A DNA stretch of 64,000 nt from NCBI GenBank assembly GCA_965228855.1, contig CBDDIJ010000003.1:1184001-1248000 (forward strand), in the 5' to 3' direction. The position numbers were made by a program, and so were the translations under genes. The stretch's first letter is position 1. Each line of letters starts with the position of its first letter. This DNA is from Candidatus Obscuribacterales bacterium (GTDB lineage: Bacteria; Cyanobacteriota; Vampirovibrionia; Obscuribacterales; Obscuribacteraceae). The notes below the pieces were generated by a model that searched no databases, had not been told where the DNA came from, and was given only the letters and a program-made list of their open reading frames with translations. Below are positions 10,446-19,351 of the stretch, in pieces.

Positions 10446-11315
10446 TTATTTGTCTGATTCACGCCCCCCTTGCGGGCGCGAACCGGACGGACCTTCAGGA
10501 CCAGTGGCATGTGATGGACCGCCGTGCGGTCCACCGCCACCTGGGTGTCTGCCAAAGCCAAACCCGGGTGGCGGCGGTGGCGGCCCGTAACGAGGTCCGA
10601 TTCCTGGATTAAAGAACCCCATCATAGGCGGCGCTCCGAACGGTGGCGGACCAAAATCGTCAATGCCTTCCATGTGGGCTCCGATTGGCATCGCATGTGG
10701 TGGCAACGGCGGTGCGAAAAATGGCATGTCTCCACCGGGACCAGCTTGGCGGCGGAGAATCAGGTGTTGCATTTTGCTGCGCTGTTCCGGCGTGAATACT
10801 TCGGCAGTGTCAAGTACGAGTTTTAAATGTTGCTGGGCAAGATCTGATTTAAGAGTAGTCATTTTCGAAAAGAGCTCGGTGACCGCTTTCCTGTCGATTG
10901 ATGCCTCTCCCATCAGCGTTGTCATTCTATGAGATAACGCGATTAGCTCCGCGTGTTTTGCAGCGGTTTCAATTCTGCTCTGGTCGCGCAGCGCCACCAG
11001 CTTTTTCATCTGTTCATCGGTAAGAGGCGGATTCATGCAGCCCTCCTTGTGTGGCGGTTTATCCGTCGGCGAATATGCGACCAGAAAATTCTTGGGACCG
11101 CCGGCTGATTCCCATGAAGTTTCAACTGTTCCGAATAAACCTGATGTGTCTCTGTTCGAATTCGAGCGCAAGTCGGCAGTCATCACGGATGCTTCTCCGA
11201 TACCATCATCAACGCCAGACCCGACCGGTGCGCTATCTGCGTTTGCCATTTCGCAGGTAAATGCAAACATCGCAAGCGATGAAAGCAGAATTGTTTTACT
11301 TCTCACTATTTTCAC
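10446..11315 (-). CDS. Spy/CpxP-family periplasmic protein (LTxxQ motifs) with Pro/Gly-rich tail
   Basis: PLTDEQMKKL and VFTPEQRSKM motifs, signal peptide; AGGAG RBS supports GTG at 11315 rather than 11342. Confidence 0.78.
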   Translation of the reverse strand: MKIVRSKTILLSSLAMFAFTCEMANADSAPVGSGVDDGIGEASVMTADLRSNSNRDTSGLFGTVETSWESAGGPKNFLVAYSPTDKPPHKEGCMNPPLTDEQMKKLVALRDQSRIETAAKHAELIALSHRMTTLMGEASIDRKAVTELFSKMTTLKSDLAQQHLKLVLDTAEVFTPEQRSKMQHLILRRQAGPGGDMPFFAPPLPPHAMPIGAHMEGIDDFGPPPFGAPPMMGFFNPGIGPRYGPPPPPPGFGFGRHPGGGGPHGGPSHATGPEGPSGSRPQGGRESDK

Positions 11316-11937
11316 GGGTTGAATCTCCTGAATTTGAGCCACTGATCACACTTCCGGCGACGGACGTGGAAGCTTCCGGAAGTAAGACTTTGTCCAGAAA
11401 CTTTTTATTGGTTTCCCAAAATTTGGGTACGCGACCGCAGACTGCGGTTAGCCTTGTGCGTGCAAGGATCGTTCGATCTTCATCTTCGTAGAAGCGCTCA
11501 ACAAGCGGGATACTTATGCCTTTGTAGCCCATATTGGACTCGTCACCGACAATGTTTCTCAAAACCATCAGCCATGTTTTGACGCACTCATTGTAGACTT
11601 CCGGTTTTGGCTTCTTTTTTGATTTCTTGATCTTCTGATACAGCGCTTCGCCTAATGCTACCCGCGCATCTATGTCGTTCGGATCCAGTTCAACAGCACG
11701 CCGACCCATCGAGACCGCTCTGTTAACATCGTCGTTGCGTAGAGAAATCTCAGACTGCATATATTGAATCTTCGAGTTGTCGCGCTTCTTCGACTTATTA
11801 AACACCTCATACGACGAGACTCGTTGTCTGACTGCTGATGGACTCTGCGTCTCAGCTGCAAGCGCAAGTGCACTGCCGCTCAGAGTGGCTAACAGCAACA
11901 CAACGATGCATGCGGTGGAGTAGGAATGTAGTGACAT
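11296..11937 (-). CDS. Exported TPR-containing protein
   Basis: Signal peptide; TPR-like RAVSMGRRAVELDPNDIDARVALGEALY. Confidence 0.72.
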   Translation of the reverse strand: MSLHSYSTACIVVLLLATLSGSALALAAETQSPSAVRQRVSSYEVFNKSKKRDNSKIQYMQSEISLRNDDVNRAVSMGRRAVELDPNDIDARVALGEALYQKIKKSKKKPKPEVYNECVKTWLMVLRNIVGDESNMGYKGISIPLVERFYEDEDRTILARTRLTAVCGRVPKFWETNKKFLDKVLLPEASTSVAGSVISGSNSGDSTRENSEK

Positions 11938-12066
11938 TTGTTTCCTGAACCCTGTTGGGGCGTTCGCTTACGACCATTCTCCGGTTATTACGTAAAGGAT
12001 TGATGTGTGCGAAGTACGTCTTTGTAAATCCAGCAAGCAAACGCTTATACTCTCCCGTTTTGCGTG

Positions 12067-12090
12067 AAGGAATTGTAAAGGTGCGAGTCG
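12067..12090 (+). promoter_or_regulatory. Copy 1 of 24-bp motif with GT(G/A)AA-N6-GTAAA tandem repeat (putative OmpR/CpxR-type box)
   Basis: AAGGAATTGTAAAGGTGCGAGTCG; 22/24 identical to 13168-13191. Confidence 0.55.
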
Positions 12091-12135
12091 CTGGGACTTG
12101 GTGGTACATGATAGTGACGGTTAAGGAGATATTCG

Positions 12136-13104
12136 ATGGCAGGTGAGCCCATAATCGAAATTGTTGGAGAGAACATCCTTGAGTTTCGTTGCGACGTCCT
12201 CGCTCTGAAATATGCTCAGGGATGGCATGGTGCCGACCTGGCTGTCTCCAAGGCACTTAAATTGGGCAACTTCTGGGAGGCTCCTGTTTCTGGAGAATAT
12301 CGCACTCTCACGCCCGACACCGATTCCCGTATAGCGGCTCCTCTTGTTTTGCTCGAAGGCATGCCGGCTCTATCGAAAATTACGTACACCAATATCCGCT
12401 CGTTCGCACAATCTGTGATTTCGCATCTCGACCAGGTAGCGCCCAACGTCAAACATATAGCGATGACAGTTCACGGTGTCAACATAGGTATGGATGAGCG
12501 TGAAGCGTTTCTCTCACAGATTGGCGGTCTGGTTGATGGTCTTGCGAACCCTGAGGTATTGCCGGAATTGGAACGAATCTCGATTGTTGAAATCAAACCG
12601 GACAGGTGTCTCAGACTGATGAAAATCCTGCAGGAGCATAGCCTGCATCGACCGATTAAACGAAAATCTGCATCGCCTGTAGACTCCAGCGCACCACTGG
12701 CAATGGCAGGGAGCAAAACGGAGAAACCGCACGTTTTCGTCGCCATGCCTTTCACCGATGATATGGAAGATGTCTATATATTCGGGATTCAGGGACCAAT
12801 TCAGGAGGCTGGGCTGCTTTGTGAGCGAGTCGACATGGATGTCTTTACCGGTGACATTCTTGAACGGATAAAGACCAGGATCGACTCTGCTGACCTGGTA
12901 ATTGGCGTTTTAAACGGAGCCAATGCGAATGTTTATCTTGAAGTGGGATATGCATGGGGCAAGAATCGCAGAACACTTTTGATTTGCAAGAACCCGGACG
13001 AACTGAAGTTCGATGTGAAAGGGCAGCGCTGTTTGATTTATTCGTCTATCAACGATCTAAATAAGAAGCTTTGCAAAGAAATTCAAATCCATATGTCCAA
13101 ATAG
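12136..13104 (+). CDS. Macro-domain-like + nucleoside 2-deoxyribosyltransferase (NDT/TIR-like) fusion protein
   Basis: AAGGAG RBS; N-terminal IEIVGENILEFRCDVLALKYAQGWHGADLAVSKAL resembles a macro-domain start; C-terminal VFVAMPF...SADLVIGVLNGANANVYLEVGYAWGK...FDV is the NDT-like signature. Confidence 0.7.
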   Translation: MAGEPIIEIVGENILEFRCDVLALKYAQGWHGADLAVSKALKLGNFWEAPVSGEYRTLTPDTDSRIAAPLVLLEGMPALSKITYTNIRSFAQSVISHLDQVAPNVKHIAMTVHGVNIGMDEREAFLSQIGGLVDGLANPEVLPELERISIVEIKPDRCLRLMKILQEHSLHRPIKRKSASPVDSSAPLAMAGSKTEKPHVFVAMPFTDDMEDVYIFGIQGPIQEAGLLCERVDMDVFTGDILERIKTRIDSADLVIGVLNGANANVYLEVGYAWGKNRRTLLICKNPDELKFDVKGQRCLIYSSINDLNKKLCKEIQIHMSK

Positions 13105-13167
13105 CTTTGAAGTCAAAGGAGCGATCGGTTCCAGATCACATTCCACAGCAAGAGCGGCTGGCGAGTA

Positions 13168-13191
13168 AAGGAATTGTAAAGGCGCGACTCG
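13168..13191 (+). promoter_or_regulatory. Copy 2 of 24-bp motif upstream of the response regulator
   Basis: AAGGAATTGTAAAGGCGCGACTCG within GTAAA-GGAATT-GTAAA, followed by extended -10-like TGCTATGAT (13200-13208). Confidence 0.55.
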
Positions 13192-13234
13192 TGGGCTTTT
13201 GCTATGATTTAAGGGGTGTCCTCTGCGCGCAATT

Positions 13235-13954
13235 ATGGACAATAAATCTCGCCTCCTAATTATTGATGACGATACGAAATTTTGTCGGTTGATTTCCGAC
13301 TACCTCTCTGGCTTTGGTTATGAAACCGAATCCGCTCATACGGGCGCCGATGGACTTGAAAAGGCGATGCATGAGAACTGGCAGGCGATCATTTTGGACG
13401 TGATGCTTCCCGTGCATAACGGCTTCGAAGTTTTAAAAAGGTTGCGTGAGAAGTCAGAAACTCCGGTCCTGATGCTTACAGCATTGGGTGACGAGGCTGA
13501 TCGCATTGTTGGTTTGGAACTGGGCGCCGACGATTATGTTCCTAAGACTTCCTCACCTAGAGAGCTTCTTGCGCGGCTTCGTGCGTTAATTCGGAGAGCA
13601 TCATATGCGGTGCCGGAAGCGGCATCGGGGACAATTGAACAGATTTCTGTCGGTCCTCTGAGAATAAACCTATCGGCGCGGCATGCAGTTCTCTCTGATG
13701 AAGTTTTGCAGTTAACTCCGGTTGAATTTGACTTGCTCGTTGTTCTGGCACAGTCAAAGGGCCGCGTAAAATCAAGAGAAGAGCTTTTGAATGAGATTCG
13801 AGATCGGAACTACGATGTCTTCGACCGTTCAATCGATGTTCATATCTCAGCTTTGCGTAGAAAGCTTTACGACGATCCGAAAACTCCTAAATACATTCGC
13901 ACCGTCCGCGGTGCTGGATATATGATGGCTTACGAGCTGGAGTCGAAAACATGA
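13235..13954 (+). CDS. OmpR/PhoB-family response regulator, CpxR-like
   Basis: LIIDDD, ILDVMLP, GLELGADDYVPK, LTPVEFDLL, FDRSIDVHISALRRKL, IRTVRGAGY. Confidence 0.95.
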   Translation: MDNKSRLLIIDDDTKFCRLISDYLSGFGYETESAHTGADGLEKAMHENWQAIILDVMLPVHNGFEVLKRLREKSETPVLMLTALGDEADRIVGLELGADDYVPKTSSPRELLARLRALIRRASYAVPEAASGTIEQISVGPLRINLSARHAVLSDEVLQLTPVEFDLLVVLAQSKGRVKSREELLNEIRDRNYDVFDRSIDVHISALRRKLYDDPKTPKYIRTVRGAGYMMAYELESKT

Positions 13955-15720
13955 AGTTCCGATTTCCATTGTACGCGCAGATCATCTGTGTTTTTCTCAT
14001 CAACCTTGCTCTGCTGATTGGATTGCGATACGCAGTGTTTAGCTCGCAGTTTCACGTAGGTTGGGACAGCATTTTGTACAGCCCCATTTCGGAAAAGGTT
14101 CAAGGAATTGCTTTCGACGTCTTTAAGCAGTACCAGACACGTCCCGAGTCTGAATGGACAAGTGTGTTAAACGAATACGGTGACTTCTACCGAGTGAAGC
14201 TGTACGTATTTGATTCGCAGGGACATCAGATTGCAGGAGATCCTGTCGAACTTCCAAAAGCTGTGATGAAGAAGATAACAGAGGACCCGCTAGGTCAACG
14301 TTTTCGCGGTCCTCATGGTGCAGCACCACATGAGATGCGCAGGTTTGTCATGGCGCCTGCATCTGCGAATGATAAGTTGGAGGCTTGTGACGGTCCTCCG
14401 GGAGGTCCTCCCGACCGACCCTGGTTTGACTTGGATAGTGGTCATCTGCCTCCCGAATTCGCGACGGGAAGGGGACCGGAAGGTCCTCGAGCCTTACATC
14501 TTCAAACCTTTCCAGATGATCCATCTCCGCATGGTCCCAGGGAAGGCAGAAACTCCCCTCCTCCGCGTTTCTTCGGACCACTCGATCAATTGCTAGGTCG
14601 TCCCCATCTTCCTCCGCCGGCGCGTCTTATGGTCTATTCGAAAGATCCTAATCTTTTTTGGGTTGGAGCTTTGTTTCCGATGCACTGGCGCAAGCCAATC
14701 ACCGTCGATGGTGCGTTCGACCCTAAGCAGCTTATACCAGGCACACTTATTGCGGTGACGCCAAATATCTGGCAGACCAAGCTGATCTCCGATTACGGTA
14801 ATCTCGGGTTAGTGATTCTTTGCGTTTTTTTTCTATCGCTTGCCTTGTGGTGGCCGTTTGTTTTTCTGCTGACGAGAGCGCTCGGAAAGTTGGTAAAAGC
14901 CACCGAAAGTATTGCCGAAGGAAAATTCGATACCAGTTTAAACATCAACAGATTCGACGAGATTGGTCGGCTGGCACAGGCAATCAGCATTATGTCATCA
15001 CGACTGAAAGCTTACGTCGGTGGTCAGAAAAGGTTTCTTGGCGATATTGCTCATGAGCTTTGCTCGCCAATTGCTCGACTGCAAGTCGCGCTGGAGATTT
15101 TGGAGAGAACCGGCACGAAAGAGCAAGAAAACTGTATCAGCGACATCCGCGAAGAGGTCCAGCAGATGAGCCTGTTGATAAACGAATTGCTCGCGTTTTC
15201 AAAAGCTGGAATTCAAGGACGCGAAACAGCCCTGAAAGAGATTGAAGTCGAACCCTTGATTATCGCTGCTGTCGCACGGTCTTGTGCGGATCATACAGGC
15301 GACATTCGAGTAAACGTTGAAGCCGGACTCGGATGCTTATGTGACGAGGTATTACTGGAGCGTGCGCTCGGCAATGTTCTGCGCAATGCAATTCGGTATG
15401 CCGGGGACGAAGGACCGATAACCGTCGATGCTCACAGAAACAATGACGATGTTCTCATAGCCGTCTCTGATTGCGGTCCCGGCGTTCCGGATACGGCGAT
15501 TAAATCTATCGGAGAACCTTTTTATCGCCCTGAAGAGTCCCGCAATCGGAGCTTTGGCGGTGTCGGTTTGGGACTTGCAATCGTGAAATCTTGTGTTGAA
15601 GCCTGTCATGGAGTGTTTAAGGTCGAAAACATCCAGCCGCATGGATTGCGAGTGGAAATGCGATTAAAGCGTTGCGAAATTAAGACTAAAACGCCACCCC
15701 ATACTGTTTCTTTACCGTAA
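13951..15720 (+). CDS. HAMP sensor histidine kinase, CpxA-like, with Pro-rich periplasmic loop
   Basis: Two TMs, HAMP (DEIGRLAQAI), H-box DIAHELCSPIARL, N-box NVLRNAIRY, G-box GGVGLGLAIV; ATGA overlap with regulator. Confidence 0.93.
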   Translation: MKFRFPLYAQIICVFLINLALLIGLRYAVFSSQFHVGWDSILYSPISEKVQGIAFDVFKQYQTRPESEWTSVLNEYGDFYRVKLYVFDSQGHQIAGDPVELPKAVMKKITEDPLGQRFRGPHGAAPHEMRRFVMAPASANDKLEACDGPPGGPPDRPWFDLDSGHLPPEFATGRGPEGPRALHLQTFPDDPSPHGPREGRNSPPPRFFGPLDQLLGRPHLPPPARLMVYSKDPNLFWVGALFPMHWRKPITVDGAFDPKQLIPGTLIAVTPNIWQTKLISDYGNLGLVILCVFFLSLALWWPFVFLLTRALGKLVKATESIAEGKFDTSLNINRFDEIGRLAQAISIMSSRLKAYVGGQKRFLGDIAHELCSPIARLQVALEILERTGTKEQENCISDIREEVQQMSLLINELLAFSKAGIQGRETALKEIEVEPLIIAAVARSCADHTGDIRVNVEAGLGCLCDEVLLERALGNVLRNAIRYAGDEGPITVDAHRNNDDVLIAVSDCGPGVPDTAIKSIGEPFYRPEESRNRSFGGVGLGLAIVKSCVEACHGVFKVENIQPHGLRVEMRLKRCEIKTKTPPHTVSLP

Positions 15721-15800
15721 CTGAGATTCGGAAAGTTGCATCCTATTAGATGATGCTAAAATTCTCCTAGCCGCGCCGCGGCAGCAGGAGAGATTGATTC

Positions 15801-17492
15801 ATGAGCGATGGACTTAACGAAGGACAATCAGAAGGTCTGCGAGACCATCTCAAACAGAAGCGGGAGCAAAAAAAGCAGCAACAACCCCGGCAGCGCCGGC
15901 TTACTTACGTAGCCGGTCTTGATGGGCGCCGCTACGTCAATGACAAAATCCTCCGGAATCTAGAGGTCCAACAACACAATCAGTACGGTGAGTACATCGC
16001 CTACGCGACACCGGAGAACGTAGGCGCCTACCAGGCATACGATCCGTTTCAACCGATTGACCCTAACGAACTTGCGGCGGGCTATACCGGTCACGGTCAG
16101 CAGCAAGAGCAACCTGCGGATGATGACGAATATCACGAGCTTCATCAAGAAGATCTGACCTGTGCGGAGCCACAGCCAGAGCCCCATGGACGAAACACCT
16201 GGGATGAATCAATTGACCCTGCATTGGGAAATGCCGTAAGTTTGACTCAAGCCGAAGTGGCGAATGCTGACCTGGAGAATGCACTTCAGCAAGCTCGGAA
16301 CAGTGTTCATGCGACATATCATGATCTTTCCAAGGGTGCTTTCGACGCCCATGCGCGTATGGAACCAGCACCTGTCCAGTATGAATCACATGGTTACGCA
16401 GCGCAGACCGGAGGCCTGCCGCCTGGTTATGGAGCAGGCTCGACCGGCGATGTACACGCCACCTCATATAATGGCTACCAGGATCCACAAAATCTGCAGA
16501 TGTTTGGCGAGCAGACCCAACAGCAACAAGTTCAATTCGCCCAGCAACAATTGCAACAACAGCAAGCGCATTATGCTCAGCAACAAGCTCAGGAACAGCT
16601 CGAGCAATATCAACAGCAAGCCAGACATTACCAGCAAACTCAGCAGTCTGATGCCAATAAGACCGCGCCGCCCTCAGTGCCAGTTTCCTCCTCGGCTAGC
16701 GAAGGCACCGCAGGATCTCGCGAAGAGTATAAGAAAATGCTAGGTGGTTTGTTCAAAGATGAACTAGACGAGGCACCGCAGGAGGAAGCCATGATTCCTC
16801 AGCCTCCGATGGAGCCGGACTTCTCCGGCGCACCGGAGACGCCTCAGCAACAGCCCCAACTTTCTCCGCAGGAGAGGATCGTCCTTCAAGCGGCGCAGCA
16901 GCAACAGACAGTGGCTCCGGCAGCCGCTCAGCAGGCAGGTCGTCCTCCTCGCAAAACGATTTCTATTCAGAAGAGTTTGCTCGGTGACGATGATGACGAG
17001 TCCCCGCAAAGGGAACCGTCACCGCAGGCGGTGCCTAATCGTCCGAAGCCTAATCGTATTCCAATTAAGATTCAGCGTGTGGCGCCTCCGCTTCCGCAAC
17101 AGCGCAACGATGAAATCTATTTCGAGGATAATGCAAACAGCGGCAAGACGTCTGTGTTTAAAATGCCGAAGGAAGGCGTGGTAAGTTCCAGTCGCGGTAC
17201 TGTGGAGCTTCTCGTGCATAAGGGCGGGCGTATGTTCCGACCACACTATAACGCTGTCGGTATCCTTCTTCGCGTAGACGTAAGCGACGGATTCTCACTT
17301 ATAAAAGGTGATACCGACAAGGCTCACTGGTTGATGACGGACCGCAGCGGAAATCCTCTCGATGAGGAAGAAATTGTCGGAGTTGCATTCGATAAAAAAG
17401 GCAATCTCTGGTACGAGACAATTAGCGGCAAGAAGACTAAGTTTTTAGTTGCAGGCGGCGTTGAAGTGACTGGTGACAGTAAGCAGAGCTAG
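15801..17492 (+). CDS. Gln/Pro-rich low-complexity protein with globular beta-rich C-terminus
   Basis: AGGAG RBS, 563-aa ORF, poly-Q-like centre; no recognisable family. Confidence 0.7.
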   Translation: MSDGLNEGQSEGLRDHLKQKREQKKQQQPRQRRLTYVAGLDGRRYVNDKILRNLEVQQHNQYGEYIAYATPENVGAYQAYDPFQPIDPNELAAGYTGHGQQQEQPADDDEYHELHQEDLTCAEPQPEPHGRNTWDESIDPALGNAVSLTQAEVANADLENALQQARNSVHATYHDLSKGAFDAHARMEPAPVQYESHGYAAQTGGLPPGYGAGSTGDVHATSYNGYQDPQNLQMFGEQTQQQQVQFAQQQLQQQQAHYAQQQAQEQLEQYQQQARHYQQTQQSDANKTAPPSVPVSSSASEGTAGSREEYKKMLGGLFKDELDEAPQEEAMIPQPPMEPDFSGAPETPQQQPQLSPQERIVLQAAQQQQTVAPAAAQQAGRPPRKTISIQKSLLGDDDDESPQREPSPQAVPNRPKPNRIPIKIQRVAPPLPQQRNDEIYFEDNANSGKTSVFKMPKEGVVSSSRGTVELLVHKGGRMFRPHYNAVGILLRVDVSDGFSLIKGDTDKAHWLMTDRSGNPLDEEEIVGVAFDKKGNLWYETISGKKTKFLVAGGVEVTGDSKQS

Positions 17493-18016
17493 AGTGAGGC
17501 TCTTTTTGCCGGCATCACCACATAAGTAAACGGCATCAAATGTTTCGAGCAGAGCTCTATGCCGGTGGGGCAGTATGCTCGTAGAATAAATGGTGGCGTT
17601 ATTGATACCGTTGTTTTCACTGCTATGTCGCCGTCCACGGCGCCCCCGGTAATCGTTGACGGTAAGTCGCGAACCGTTTCTACAATGTCGGCCTGGTCTA
17701 AAACTTTGAGCGGCAAATTGGTGGGCGAGTGTTTTCGAATTACTGCCTGCACTCGTTGATACGGTGTTTGTCCGGGAGTAACTTTCCGACTTGCGCTGGT
17801 GGACTGCGATGAGGGCGGACCGGAAGCTGCTGCCCGTGCTGCATCGCGACAGACGCTGTCATTGATGCTCGCACCCAGAGCAATGAAACCCATATCGATT
17901 CCAGCGAGAATCAAAGGTACTCCTACAACCAAGCCAGCACATAATTCGACTAGACTTTGTCCACGTGCAAGACGCCTTTCGGTCTTTCGAAGTGCATTGG
18001 CTGTCAGGCTTTTCAT
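17489..18016 (-). CDS. TadE/TadF-like pseudopilin
   Basis: Prepilin motif ARG|QSLVE followed by hydrophobic helix and RDAARAAAS; GAGG RBS before ATG at 18016. Confidence 0.8.
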   Translation of the reverse strand: MKSLTANALRKTERRLARGQSLVELCAGLVVGVPLILAGIDMGFIALGASINDSVCRDAARAAASGPPSSQSTSASRKVTPGQTPYQRVQAVIRKHSPTNLPLKVLDQADIVETVRDLPSTITGGAVDGDIAVKTTVSITPPFILRAYCPTGIELCSKHLMPFTYVVMPAKRASL

Positions 18017-18077
18017 TGTAGTTCCTCTCGTAAGTGGGTTGTTCATTGCTTGTCTTCTGATGATGGAGTTCCATCAT

Positions 18078-18752
18078 CTAAATGAAATAGACTTCTTGAG
18101 TCAGGCCTGTTGACTCTGATTCAAGCTTGAATTTGATTTTTGCCGCTTCAGGTGCTTTCTCGCCTGGAGGCATCACCGACATTCTTCGTCTCTGCAATTC
18201 CATCAGGACGTTAGTGTAGGAAGCGGATGGAACGGAAACGGATGCTACTTTGTCATGGTTCTTTAAAATATCCAGGACCAATCGAAGAATTGTGTTGCCT
18301 GCGGCTCTAGATTCGTCGTAGCCTGCGCATGGTGATTGAACTATTTTGATACCAACATTTTTGTCCGCGGGAATTTTGAGCATCGAACTGCGCTCCAACC
18401 CTATCGGTTGCCCATCGTGATACCAGAGGTTTTCGTAAGCTGAAATATCGCTTTTGGCATTCGATGGATAGAATGAAACTGAGGACTTGACGATCGATTT
18501 CAGGGTAAAGCTTTCGTGTTCGAACGTTCTCGGCGTCATGCCCGTCTCCGCTTGAATGACGAAATCCGGCGCTCCATCAGTAGTGGCACTCTTTTCGGCT
18601 TGAACATCGGTAACTGCACCGGTCTTGGACTGAACCTTGACGCTTGCGCCCCCGTTGGCGCATTGTGCGGAGACTCTTGCCGGTAGAACCGTTACAGCGC
18701 CCAGAACTGCTGAACTCAACGTGATACCGAATGCTATTTTTCTGAAGCTCAT
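18078..18752 (-). CDS. Exported hypothetical protein (paralog of 20433-21059)
   Basis: Signal peptide; YENLWYHDGQPIGLER motif shared with 20433-21059. Confidence 0.72.
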   Translation of the reverse strand: MSFRKIAFGITLSSAVLGAVTVLPARVSAQCANGGASVKVQSKTGAVTDVQAEKSATTDGAPDFVIQAETGMTPRTFEHESFTLKSIVKSSVSFYPSNAKSDISAYENLWYHDGQPIGLERSSMLKIPADKNVGIKIVQSPCAGYDESRAAGNTILRLVLDILKNHDKVASVSVPSASYTNVLMELQRRRMSVMPPGEKAPEAAKIKFKLESESTGLTQEVYFI

Positions 18753-18788
18753 TTGCTTTATAATCCTCGAAGTTAATTGTCGTTGCTA

Positions 18789-19310
18789 TCATTCATTGAT
18801 GAAGTATTCTAGTGAACTTGGGTCTTTTGAGAGATTTTCCCACTGAGAATGTGTTCTGAGAGTTATTTTTGCTGGTTTGAATGGCCCCTGGTAGAGTGCC
18901 GAGATTGTGCAGTCGGCTTTGACTTCCAGCGAGTAGATGCACTGTCCGTTGCTTCCGCCCGGTAGCCATTCGGCAGGCAGCACGCCGTTTTGTTTCGTAG
19001 TGCTACGGGCACCATCAGCGGTGGTAACTAAAATAGTGAGCTTTTCTCCACTGACAGTCACACCGCACTGATTCAAAAGTGTCTTGTACCACTGTTCTTT
19101 TGCGAGCATCGTCTGGGCGTCGGAGAATCGTTCACTATGAGCCAATCTGCGGCAGAGCTCAGTCAGGGCACCTTCGCAAATCATGTAACGCACGGGGATG
19201 AAAGACATGTTCAAAAGCGGAAGGAAGATAAACGTGATCAAGAGAAGAAATGCGCTTCCGAACTCTGATATGTTTCCTTTCTTTGATCGGCTTACAAACT
19301 GACTTCTCAT
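18789..19310 (-). CDS. TadE-like pseudopilin
   Basis: KKG|NISEFGSAFLLLITFIFLPLLN; GGAGG RBS before ATG at 19310. Confidence 0.72.
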   Translation of the reverse strand: MRSQFVSRSKKGNISEFGSAFLLLITFIFLPLLNMSFIPVRYMICEGALTELCRRLAHSERFSDAQTMLAKEQWYKTLLNQCGVTVSGEKLTILVTTADGARSTTKQNGVLPAEWLPGGSNGQCIYSLEVKADCTISALYQGPFKPAKITLRTHSQWENLSKDPSSLEYFINE

Positions 19311-19351
19311 AATTCCTCCGAACGTTTTATACAATTTCCTTGATTGGCTCA

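Noticed and set aside
12067..13191. 24-bp direct repeat as an IS target-site duplication or prophage att site
   Set aside because: No transposase or integrase between the copies, and both sit at promoter distance from start codons, so a regulatory motif is more likely
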